Shown here in pieces: positions 49,701 to 57,569 of a DNA stretch of 64,000 nucleotides. The translations under genes were made by a program, and so were the position numbers. The stretch's first letter is position 1, and the number at the start of each line of letters is the position of its first letter. Below the pieces are notes generated by a model that saw only the letters and a program-made list of their open reading frames with translations, did no database searches and had not been told where the DNA came from. Source of the stretch: an uncultured Granulosicoccaceae bacterium (GTDB taxonomy: Bacteria; Pseudomonadota; Gammaproteobacteria; Granulosicoccales; Granulosicoccaceae); assembly GCA_937951345.1 (NCBI GenBank), contig CALFCF010000004.1, positions 85,341 to 149,340 of the forward strand, written 5' to 3'.

Positions 49701-51614
49701 AAACAAACCAACCTGATTGACAGTTTCACTGACCTTGCAAGCTTTTCGCTGTTTTGTTTTAAGCGGCTACTGCCCATTCACGCCCCGGCCATCGCAGCCG
49801 CAGCAGCTGATATCTTTGCCACTTCCGCTGCGACACAAACAGACGAACTCACCGCTCCAGCAGATGTTAAGCGTACACCGGGTGAAATTCCGGGAGCCAA
49901 TCGCACACTGTATTTACTGGAAGTTCCGAAAACGATTTCAAGTCCAGACAGCAACAGCAAGACAAGCGGGCGACTCAATATTCACCCATCGGATGATACG
50001 TCACCGGTTTTTATCGGCCTGACCCGGTATCAAGGCAAACACCATGAACAGGTGAACACAACACATCAACGAGCACCCATACTGTTGATCCACGGCTATA
50101 TCGCCGGTGGCAATACCTTTACTCACCATTCACTCGAGTACCCGCTGGCACAAACGCTAATCGAAGACGGTTACGATGTGTGGGTGCTGGACATGCGCGA
50201 CAGTTGCCGCTTCTACGCACAGGCGCAGAAGATCTGGACGTTCGAACAAGTTGGGCTGATCGATATCAGAGTAGCAATTGATTTTGTTTGCAAAACCAGT
50301 AGGCAGCCGGCAATTGAGGTATTGGCCCACTGTATCGGTTCTGCGAAATTTTCATTAGCGATGCTGTCAGACAAAGCATCAATTCAAGTATTCGAGTATG
50401 AAGCCAAGCAAGTGCGCGACTGGTCGGTACACGACTGGGAACCCCGGCCACGCGCACCGGCTGGACATGCAGATTCCACGCAGTACAGCGAATCCACATG
50501 GCAAAGATACACGATTGATGCAACGCATCCTGCCGAACGTATCGCCAAAGCAGTTCTGTCACAAGTGACACCCATACTCAGCGTTAGTGACGGTAACCTG
50601 CTGCGTGCTTATCTACTCGACAACTGGCTGAAATTTACCCCGTTCTCGGCTTATCAACTGCAGTACAGGCGCGATAACAGCGGATTCGCACTCATGGCTG
50701 AGAAACTGTTGGATGCCGGTCTGCAAATGATCCCCTACGCCTATGACAAATCAGACAAACGTCTGGATGCAACAGAATTCAAAGAGGCGATGCGCATACG
50801 GCGCCGAATGGATTTGTTGTACAACAAAGTGTTTGAACTTAAACATACCAGTGACAAAACACTTCATCACCTGCATGAGTTATTCGGTCCGGTTAATCTG
50901 CACACACTCCTGCAAGGCGTTCATTTTGCCAGAGAGAGTCAGGTTACCGGTCATCTCGGTGAAGGCGTCTCTTATCGCAACAATCGTATCCTGGAGCGAA
51001 TGGCCGAACAATGGACCTTCCCGACACTGTGCTTCATTGGTGCTGATAACAATGTCTTCCACGCGGATGGCTTTCAGGCATTTAAACAGGCAGTAGATGT
51101 CAATGAACTCACCAACTTCCACGTCATGACACCGATAAATGACTACGGACATCAGGATGCTTTCACTGGCACAAAAGCGCACACTGAAATTCATCCGTTA
51201 ATACTGGCATGGCTTGATAATCCCATCAGTGTGCCGGGCGACACCCAACATCGCAAAAATTTAAACAAAAAAGCACAGCGGAAATTCATCTCTGTCACGC
51301 AACAGGTCAGCCATAACATACAGCCAATAGCAGACGGTCTGGCTCTGACCTTACGTAAGAGCGATTTGCCTCGTGGCGTGTCCACTGTACGCCTGGCAAA
51401 CCGGGCACATCCACAACCAGCGGTTTTTGACTACCGTTACCTGCAGCAATCGACCTATACCGATAACTTCGCCGACATCTCACATGACAAGGCTTCTGTG
51501 TACTTTCTTATCAAACGTAACAAAGCCAACGATTTGTTTACAGATAGCGGGCGAATCGCTGCAATAGATATACAGGTTGATGCCTTACATTTTTCATCCC
51601 CAGTGACCGAATAG
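46740..51614 (+). CDS. 1624-aa multidomain protein: ChoD-like GMC (FAD) oxidoreductase, then ~450 aa of unknown region, then an alpha/beta-hydrolase domain
   Basis: The FAD motif is DFLILGSGYGAAVAA (aa 47-61), followed by GLGGGSLINAG. KCINCADCATGCNHNAKNSLDVN is similar to mycobacterial ChoD. The GMC C-terminal motif is HPLGGCRM...LYVLDGAIVP (aa ~581-640). The hydrolase part has PILLIHGYIAGGNTF...GYDVWVLDMRDS, the elbow AHCIGS (Cys-1198) and YGHQDAF (His-1471). It is a single uninterrupted ORF. Confidence 0.8.
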   Translation: MKSGNKKQQRVTSLETECCTWISSRFENYLTDLERNQIAGSASEPIDFLILGSGYGAAVAAQKLARNYPDNTRKVVLFERGDEYLPGSFPEAIADLPGHLRISPVAKTQVVGNKHGLFDMRIGNQLNCLIANGLGGGSLINAGVMRRPPAHAYETEWPDAITQTVLEPYLTRSEVLLGSHTRDTTTDSNVPVTVNLDTDTESHSKTRLLQQSVNRLRAGNPNSTFAFEPAAITVAVNDGENQSGVELSKCINCADCATGCNHNAKNSLDVNLLVEAYRDGATLITGVTALKLVKHTLNNNKDNSTGNSTSDSTLWQVDCRFTDDRLFERDTGGTAGIRSVYAHNVLVCCGALGSTELLLNSQTDTLAFSHKLGHNFSGNGDLLAFYPTDHFKSSGIRPNSSARPHVPPAERHIGPTIGGVVSTTGTKDSGLQTLLIEEMAIPGTIRSFFEQPIELNRYIRGVLTNFQKRLTDDEKIHPLAVDNTGIYAAIGDDQSKGIVSLPQEGNLKNPQAQHDGIAQVSWSDFNTIEKLFNEQTRRINELFAEKPNRRGVLPNPMWRFFKRLQRLLTDENRLNTALSVHPLGGCRMADSVSQGVTDDKGRVFNPQTNQGVHDGLYVLDGAIVPRALSANPALTITALALRATEQLVDEQLFNLPDLHTSDTAIAPQLLSSNPSIDNSIATHGRRKLPSQRPRINKHENQLATNARSQSRFTLLERLGGEVTLKIKGVKHTVFLELTIRSAAKNLNEFSDADYRSNSEHEQFQVSANWSHKGFSSTLRIYPSRAAYDDAERRAMVQLPMLSDNDFGSSWQGDRSLFGALISNQSAREKILTEAALTVISLEGSVRVLHTKPYAFFRRAKTGVKNIIKLGFLVWQTRSFRLALATTQWRYLTYRLLPAQAIYRTDADSKTQALVDRLQHRIRKSIARGETLLIGEKCVYTDRPETIISQLSEVNIRKFPFFSRLESERLVLDPKLFAATAHPLIAIEKQTNLIDSFTDLASFSLFCFKRLLPIHAPAIAAAAADIFATSAATQTDELTAPADVKRTPGEIPGANRTLYLLEVPKTISSPDSNSKTSGRLNIHPSDDTSPVFIGLTRYQGKHHEQVNTTHQRAPILLIHGYIAGGNTFTHHSLEYPLAQTLIEDGYDVWVLDMRDSCRFYAQAQKIWTFEQVGLIDIRVAIDFVCKTSRQPAIEVLAHCIGSAKFSLAMLSDKASIQVFEYEAKQVRDWSVHDWEPRPRAPAGHADSTQYSESTWQRYTIDATHPAERIAKAVLSQVTPILSVSDGNLLRAYLLDNWLKFTPFSAYQLQYRRDNSGFALMAEKLLDAGLQMIPYAYDKSDKRLDATEFKEAMRIRRRMDLLYNKVFELKHTSDKTLHHLHELFGPVNLHTLLQGVHFARESQVTGHLGEGVSYRNNRILERMAEQWTFPTLCFIGADNNVFHADGFQAFKQAVDVNELTNFHVMTPINDYGHQDAFTGTKAHTEIHPLILAWLDNPISVPGDTQHRKNLNKKAQRKFISVTQQVSHNIQPIADGLALTLRKSDLPRGVSTVRLANRAHPQPAVFDYRYLQQSTYTDNFADISHDKASVYFLIKRNKANDLFTDSGRIAAIDIQVDALHFSSPVTE

Positions 51615-51622
51615 GACGAGCA

Positions 51623-51870
51623 CTAGCCTGCTCTATTCATGAAGGCGAAAACAGTGACAATGAAAACTAAGCAATTTCCAGTTAGAAAAGCAGTTTTAGC
51701 GTCGCTGCGGGTATTCGCACACTGTTTTCTATTCACCACCAGAGCCAGTCTGCCGTCGCAGCTCACTCGATTGAGCTCAACCCGTAGATTTCTACGAATT
51801 TCGCTCAATCGAGCGACCAGCTTAGGTAGCCAGACTCTGGTGGCGAACCCTTCATGAATAGAGCAGGCTA
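51623..51870. repeat. Inverted-repeat element (22-23-nt terminal arms around a ~200-nt structured core), MITE/REP-like
   Basis: The left arm ctagcctgctctattcatgaagg (51623..51645) and the right arm ccttcatgaatagagcaggcta (51849..51870) are reverse complements. The core holds nested inverted repeats (caccagag..cagtct/agactctggtg and tcgattgagc/gctcaatcga). It starts 9 nt after the giant ORF stop. Confidence 0.7.
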
Positions 51871-51944
51871 AAAGAACACAATTAAGCACAACATCAAAAA
51901 CGTACCCGACAACAAACACAAACAGATCGGAAAATCCCAGCGGC

Positions 51945-53141
51945 ATGGAAACTACAAAAGAGCAGACCCTCGCAAACGAACAAACGGTCGCCATCGGCAG
52001 CTGCCAGTATCCGGGTAGTTTTTTTGATAACAACTACGCCTACCAAGCCTGGCGACAGCTGACTGATGACAACGGCGATTTGCGCGCTCAAACGATGATT
52101 CTGCTGGGCGATCAGATCTACGCAGATGCGACTGCCGGCCTGTTCGAAACGGAAAATCCGATAGCACAGTATCTTTATCCGTATGAACAGCTCCACACGC
52201 GGCTTCGTAACGTTAAGACACCACCGGGCAAATATTCACTGAACGACGATCACGAGATGATTGAAAACTGGGAACCGGTGTCACCACATAGCGCAAGTGC
52301 CGAGAAAGTGGAAATCGCTAGAAACTACGGCCTCGATTGCTACCGCGATCACGGGTATTGCAAGGGATACCCACAAAACTACAATCAAGCCCCCTACTTT
52401 CGGGCGCTTGATTATCTGCCGTTCCCAATATTTCTCTGTGACACACGGACAGAACGAGAACATCGGTCAACCGGTAATTTTCTCGATGCAAAAATGTTCA
52501 GTGAACAACAGATGCAGGCACTTAAAGAATGGCTGATAACACACAGACAAGACGAGCTTAAGATAATCACGTCACCCGCTGCCCTACTGCCACGTTCAGC
52601 TGCCGCCAACAGACCTCAGCCTTCTGATGATCAACAGGTTCACGGACTGCCATTTACATCGAGTGTGCTGCGCAGTGATGCATGGGACGGCTATCCGGCA
52701 ACTTTCAGCGAATTACTAACGTTTATCGCAAAGGAGTCCTTGACCGGCATCGTATTCGTATCCGGTGATTTCCATTTCTCTTCCGTCAGCAGTTTGAACA
52801 TGATGCATGGCGGGAATCAAACCACTGTGCACTTGATTCACTGCTCCGGGTTATATTCACCCTTTCCCTTTGCCAACGCCACACCCCCGGATTTGCTATT
52901 AAACGATGAGTTCTGGTTACCGGCATCCATGCAGGGAAGTCTGTTAGACGTCTGTCAGCACTCAACGCAAATCAGTGACTGTATTCACTGCCAGGTAGCA
53001 ACTGAAGTGGTTGAGGCCGGAGATGGATTTTGTTTTATCAAAGTATCTGCAGACGGGTTTCTGGAGATTGAATTCTCACGTCATCACAAGCCGGAGAATC
53101 CGATATACCGTAAGCCGTTACAAGAAAAACAGTTTGTGTGA
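51945..53141 (+). CDS. PhoD-like metallophosphoesterase with no signal or Tat peptide
   Basis: 398 aa. VAIGSCQYPG, MILLGDQIYADATAG, NDDHEMIENW and FVSGDFHFSSV match the PhoD-like/calcineurin-like metal-site pattern. Confidence 0.65.
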   Translation: METTKEQTLANEQTVAIGSCQYPGSFFDNNYAYQAWRQLTDDNGDLRAQTMILLGDQIYADATAGLFETENPIAQYLYPYEQLHTRLRNVKTPPGKYSLNDDHEMIENWEPVSPHSASAEKVEIARNYGLDCYRDHGYCKGYPQNYNQAPYFRALDYLPFPIFLCDTRTEREHRSTGNFLDAKMFSEQQMQALKEWLITHRQDELKIITSPAALLPRSAAANRPQPSDDQQVHGLPFTSSVLRSDAWDGYPATFSELLTFIAKESLTGIVFVSGDFHFSSVSSLNMMHGGNQTTVHLIHCSGLYSPFPFANATPPDLLLNDEFWLPASMQGSLLDVCQHSTQISDCIHCQVATEVVEAGDGFCFIKVSADGFLEIEFSRHHKPENPIYRKPLQEKQFV

Positions 53142-53145
53142 TGGG

Positions 53146-53190
53146 CTAGCCTGCTCTATTCATGAAGGGTTCGTGAATAGAGCAGGCTAG
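53146..53190. repeat. Compact hairpin copy of the 51623/51870 repeat family, a possible bidirectional terminator
   Basis: CTAGCCTGCTCTATTCA-tgaagggttcg-TGAATAGAGCAGGCTAG forms a 17-bp perfect stem. It starts 5 nt after the PhoD-like stop and lies between convergent genes. Confidence 0.65.
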
Positions 53191-53299
53191 GTTTAACGCG
53201 TTTCAGTTAGGGCGCGTTACGGTGTTTTTGCCACAAAGTTTCAAAGGAAATTGGCAGAAACTAAGTACAAAGCTATTGAAGTACAACGTGAGTAAAACA

Positions 53300-53971
53300 C
53301 TACTGCACGTTTGTATCATCCGTACCTTCCAAACCAGCTAACATCAATAACGCTTCTGTTCTGCTTTTTACCCCCAGCGTCTTGTAAGCTGTAGACAAAT
53401 GCGCCTTCACTGTGCCTTCAGAAATATTCAACTCGTTGGCTATTACCCGATTGGTCGCACCCCGAACAGCCAATAAAGTAGTTTCACGCTGCCGCAACGA
53501 TAAACTTGCCAGTGCTGTCTCTATGCTGTCGCTGATGGAGACACAGGTAAACCCGCGTAACTCCTCTGTTGCAGGATCCTGTTCAACTAGCGCTTCAGGG
53601 GGAAGGTATATGCCACCGGCCAAAACAAGTCTTAACGCCTGGACTAATAACTCTTTGGATGAATGTTTCGGAATGAAACCGGATGCACCGCCATCGAGCA
53701 CACTGCGGATAAGATCCGGGCGATCATCCCCGGATAACACGACAACTGCGGCGGTTGGAAAACTATCCTGGATTCTTGCAATTGCAGCCGAACCACCAAT
53801 GCAAGGCAGATGGTAGTCGAGCAATACGAGATCCACGTTCCCGGCACCCAGATCATCGAGCCTGTCGACACTACCCGTATCGAAAAACTCGACATCGCTT
53901 GCGAGCTCCTTCAGCAGTAAACGTAGCCCTGATCTGAAGAGCTCGTGATCGTCCACAATGAGTACTTTCAC
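53300..53971 (-). CDS. NarL/FixJ (LuxR-type HTH) response regulator
   Basis: 223 aa. The REC domain is MKVLIVDDHELFRSGL...LVLLDYHLP. The C-terminal HTH is RETTLLAVRGATNRVIANELNISEGTVKAHLSTAYKTLGV. Confidence 0.85.
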   Translation of the reverse strand: MKVLIVDDHELFRSGLRLLLKELASDVEFFDTGSVDRLDDLGAGNVDLVLLDYHLPCIGGSAAIARIQDSFPTAAVVVLSGDDRPDLIRSVLDGGASGFIPKHSSKELLVQALRLVLAGGIYLPPEALVEQDPATEELRGFTCVSISDSIETALASLSLRQRETTLLAVRGATNRVIANELNISEGTVKAHLSTAYKTLGVKSRTEALLMLAGLEGTDDTNVQ

Positions 53972-54080
53972 GCGCTTCCAATGATTGATTAAACACTCCC
54001 TGGTATTTCCTCCTAACTACTTGACACAACTACACGTGCAGCTGACCGTCCAACCGGATCCTCGCAACGTTCACAAAAAA

Positions 54081-54119
54081 AACTAATCTTTAGTTTATTT
54101 TCTAAACCAAAGATTAGTT
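54081..54119. promoter_or_regulatory. 39-bp AT-rich palindromic element, copy 2
   Basis: The sequence is aactaatctttag-tttatttt-ctaaaccaaagattagtt, with the same arms and 17-nt spacing as copy 1. It lies 110 nt upstream of the LuxR-type regulator start and is preceded by an A8 run. Confidence 0.6.
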
Positions 54120-54398
54120 GATTAGCGTACTGACTGAATAGCTACCAGTCATGGTTAATATTCTCGACGTGCATATTTCGTCCCTAAATCGTGCAATCGG
54201 GACCGATTGCCTACTAAGAGTGCTTATCACTAATAACGCTCGACGGATGGCTTTTAATGCGGAGTAGCTCAGTAAATGTTCTCTTGCCTGCCCTTAAGTC
54301 TAGCCTACTCGACCGACACTGAACAGATAAACCTGACACTGACTGCATGCGCAGGTACATGACTACAGCAACCGCCTGGCTGCAATAACAAAGGGCTT

Positions 54399-55259
54399 TT
54401 AACCCATTTTCGATTTAAGTCCATAGTGCGATCGCCGGTCGCCAAGAAAACCATACTGACGACGCGCGTCATCAATTTCCTGTAGCGCCAGCGTGAAACT
54501 TAAAAGCTGCTCATCACAATCGTGGAAGACATAAGGCGGGCGTTGTCCGTCAACCCACGGATAACTGATGATAGATGCACCGTAGTTCGAACCCGCCCGG
54601 TTAAGCCCCAAAAAGAACAACTGATTTTCAACGGAGCGTGTGATCACAAAGGGGTGCCAGCTGTAGAACGACTGATCGCGGAAGTACGCACTGCACTGGA
54701 GTATCAAATCAACCTGATGTGTTGTTGCCAGCTCACGAACAATTTCCGGGGTTCTGATATCGACACAGATAATCGGAGCAACTGTAAAACCGCCAACACT
54801 AAAAACCAACAGCCCGTCGCCTGGGACAAAAAAGTTCTTCTCGGCAGATGCACCAAATTGAGCAAGATGTATTTTGTCGTAATAACCGATCAGATTTCCG
54901 TCGGGTCCGACAACCGCCGAAGTGATGGTGTAACCTTGATCTGTAACTCGCGGGAATCCGAATACGATATGCGTTGAATATTCCTTCGCAACTTCACACC
55001 ACGTATTAAACGAAGGACCATCTAAAGGTTCAGCCAGCGTATCAAGAAGATCAAAAGCCTCACCGGAATATTCAATACTCGAGAGTTCAGGTAGCACAAC
55101 CAGATCAGCCGATTGCTTAGAGAGACTTTCGCGAACGCGCCGTGCACTAGACAGTAAGTGCTGATCACGCTCAACCTCCGTTCGCGTTTCGGGTATCGCA
55201 AGCTGCGCTGCCAGCAAGGTGAGTGTATGTGTTGTCGTCATGTGTCCTCCGGGACCCAC
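54399..55259 (-). CDS. Carbon-nitrogen hydrolase (nitrilase superfamily)
   Basis: The E-K-C triad context is VLPELSS, YDKIHL and APIICVDIRTPE. The likely start is ATG 55241 (MTTTHTLTLLAAQLAI). Confidence 0.75.
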   Translation of the reverse strand: MGPGGHMTTTHTLTLLAAQLAIPETRTEVERDQHLLSSARRVRESLSKQSADLVVLPELSSIEYSGEAFDLLDTLAEPLDGPSFNTWCEVAKEYSTHIVFGFPRVTDQGYTITSAVVGPDGNLIGYYDKIHLAQFGASAEKNFFVPGDGLLVFSVGGFTVAPIICVDIRTPEIVRELATTHQVDLILQCSAYFRDQSFYSWHPFVITRSVENQLFFLGLNRAGSNYGASIISYPWVDGQRPPYVFHDCDEQLLSFTLALQEIDDARRQYGFLGDRRSHYGLKSKMG

Positions 55260-55287
55260 AGGAGGGGCACGATTTACGAAGCACTTT

Positions 55288-55321
55288 CGTTGTATTGCGA
55301 CTTACGTTGTATTGCGACTTA
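55288..55321. repeat. Perfect 17-bp tandem duplication (cgttgtattgcgactta x2)
   Basis: Read directly from the sequence. It lies in the divergent promoter region between the nitrilase-family gene and hyuA. Confidence 0.9.
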
Positions 55322-55481
55322 CGATCAAGGGTTACGCCGATAGTTGCTGTGACGCAGTTGCACAGGGTAACTGGTTTCTCGCAGTTTAATCGAAAACACG
55401 CGATAATCCAGCCGATCAAAGACAAACTCCATCGATTCGCACCGTTAATCGCGAAAAAAGCAACGGAAACAGAATACTCAG

Positions 55482-57569
55482 ATGTCCGAAAATCAGATCC
55501 GACTTGGCGTGGATATCGGTGGCACATTCACCGACGTCGTGCTTGAAACACCTGACAACAGCTATTCGACAAAAGTGCTGACAACCTATGCGGCACCTGA
55601 AGATGCCATCCTGACAGGAATCGACAAGGTTTGTAGTCTTGGCGGCGTCAACCCGGCTTCTGTCGAGCAGATGATTCACGGAACCACACTTGCCACCAAT
55701 GCGTTGATTGAACGACGCGGCGCAAAAACCGCTCTTGTGACGACCAGCGGTTTTCGCGATGTAATGGAAATGCGTACGGAAAGTCGCTTTGAGCAGTACG
55801 ATCTGAATTTGACTTTGCCAACACCGTTACTACCTCGCAACCGTCGCTACGTGCTACCCGAACGCATGGACGCACGCGGCGAGGTGTTGATCCCTCTTGA
55901 GCGTCCGGCAATTGAACAACTTGCCGATGAGCTGGCCGCGGCAAACTACGAAAGTATCGCCATCGGTTTGCTGCATTCCTATGTCAACGATGCCCACGAA
56001 AAAATGATCAGAGATGTATTCACTGAGCGCATGCCAGAAGTCATGCTTTCATTGTCGAGTGAAGTATCACCGCAGATGCGCGAATACGAACGATTCAATA
56101 CGACTGTTGCTAACGCCTATATTAAACCTTTGATGAAAAGTTACCTGAGTCGGCTCGAAGGCCGGTTGCGGGAATCCGGTATTACCTGCCCGGTATTTTT
56201 GATGCATTCCGGCGGTGGCATTATCAGTCTCGAAAACGCTGCTGAATTTCCGGTTCGACTGGTTGAATCAGGCCCTGCAGGTGGTGCGGTCTTCGCAGCA
56301 GATGTTGCTGCGCGTCACGGCCTTGAAAACGTGCTGTCGTTTGATATGGGTGGTACAACTGCAAAAATCTGCCTGATTAAAAATCAAACACCAAAAACCG
56401 CGCGCGTTTTTGAGGTGGCACGAACCTATCGTTTCAAAAAAGGGTCGGGTATGCCCATTTCGATCCCGGTTATCGATATGGTGGAAATCGGCGCCGGCGG
56501 CGGATCACTTGCCCACGTTGATGCGATGAATCAGATTCGTGTGGGTCCGGAAAGCGCAGGCTCTGAACCGGGTCCGGCGTGCTACGGCCGCGGTGGTAAA
56601 CATGCGGCAGTCACTGATGCCGACCTGACACTCGGCAAACTCGATCCGGATAATTTCGCCGGTGGCACGATTCCATTAAACAAAGCAGACTCTGAAGCCG
56701 CACTGCAATGCGATATCGGTTCACAACTGGGTATGGACGCCAACGAATCCGCCTGGGGTGTGGCAGAAGTTGTTGATGAAAACATGGCCAATGCCGCGCG
56801 AGTACATGCGGTCGAAAACGGTGAAGACTTAAGCCAGTACACAATGATTGCATTCGGCGGTGCCGCGCCCTTACACGCTGCTCGTCTTTGTCAGAAACTC
56901 GGTATCGAGCGCTGCCTAGTGCCACAGGGAGCCGGTGTCGGCTCAGCCATCGGTTTTCTGCGTGCACCGTTCAGCTTCGAATCAAACCGTACTGTTTTCA
57001 TGAAGCTCACAGCATTCGAACCGGAAAGGATCAAACAGTTGTTCACGGAAATGGAGGAAGAAGCAACAACATTTGTGCGCGCCTGCGATGCGACTGCGGA
57101 TATACTGAAAGACCACAAAATCTACATGCGCTATGCCGGTCAAGGCTGGGAAATTCCTGTACCACTGACAACCGACGAGGCACGTACGCCGAACGTTGAC
57201 ACTTACACTGAACGTTTTGAAACAACCTACCGGACACTGTTCGGGCGTTCGGTAGAAGGCATGGAAATCGAAGTCACTGTCTGGTCGGTCAACGCCTATA
57301 CAACCCCTCTGGCATCCGAAAAGTTGCTGCAACAACCTGCCCCTGAAAATGTGCAAACGCAAACTACCCGAGCGTTGTTTGATTCTGCCACCGGCAAGTC
57401 GATAGACGCGGCCGTTCACTCGCGGACTGCACTTGCTGCCGGCAATCAAGTCGCAGGGCCTGCGATCATCACTGAAGACGAGACAACCGTTATTGTCCCG
57501 TCAGATCGTTTTGCACGGGTACTCACAGACAACACGGTCGAGGTAGCAGTTAAAGGAGAATCCAGATGA
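55482..57569 (+). CDS. hyuA: Hydantoinase/oxoprolinase A subunit (HyuA family)
   Basis: 695 aa. The N-terminus is IRLGVDIGGTFTDVVL, with later FDMGGTTAKICLI, both typical of Hydantoinase_A. Confidence 0.85.
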   Translation: MSENQIRLGVDIGGTFTDVVLETPDNSYSTKVLTTYAAPEDAILTGIDKVCSLGGVNPASVEQMIHGTTLATNALIERRGAKTALVTTSGFRDVMEMRTESRFEQYDLNLTLPTPLLPRNRRYVLPERMDARGEVLIPLERPAIEQLADELAAANYESIAIGLLHSYVNDAHEKMIRDVFTERMPEVMLSLSSEVSPQMREYERFNTTVANAYIKPLMKSYLSRLEGRLRESGITCPVFLMHSGGGIISLENAAEFPVRLVESGPAGGAVFAADVAARHGLENVLSFDMGGTTAKICLIKNQTPKTARVFEVARTYRFKKGSGMPISIPVIDMVEIGAGGGSLAHVDAMNQIRVGPESAGSEPGPACYGRGGKHAAVTDADLTLGKLDPDNFAGGTIPLNKADSEAALQCDIGSQLGMDANESAWGVAEVVDENMANAARVHAVENGEDLSQYTMIAFGGAAPLHAARLCQKLGIERCLVPQGAGVGSAIGFLRAPFSFESNRTVFMKLTAFEPERIKQLFTEMEEEATTFVRACDATADILKDHKIYMRYAGQGWEIPVPLTTDEARTPNVDTYTERFETTYRTLFGRSVEGMEIEVTVWSVNAYTTPLASEKLLQQPAPENVQTQTTRALFDSATGKSIDAAVHSRTALAAGNQVAGPAIITEDETTVIVPSDRFARVLTDNTVEVAVKGESR

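Noticed and set aside
51623-52196. Minus-strand ORFs of 136 and 100 aa between the giant gene and the PhoD-like gene
   Set aside because: They run through the inverted-repeat element and antisense to the PhoD-like N-terminus. Their hydrophobic, Cys-rich translations look like an artefact.
44811-54119. The idea that the module is a mobile element bounded by terminal repeats
   Set aside because: There is no transposase, integrase or recombinase gene and no flanking tRNA. I saw no target-site duplication. Each repeat is itself a palindrome located at a promoter-like distance from a regulatory gene. Operator or terminator roles are the more economical explanation.
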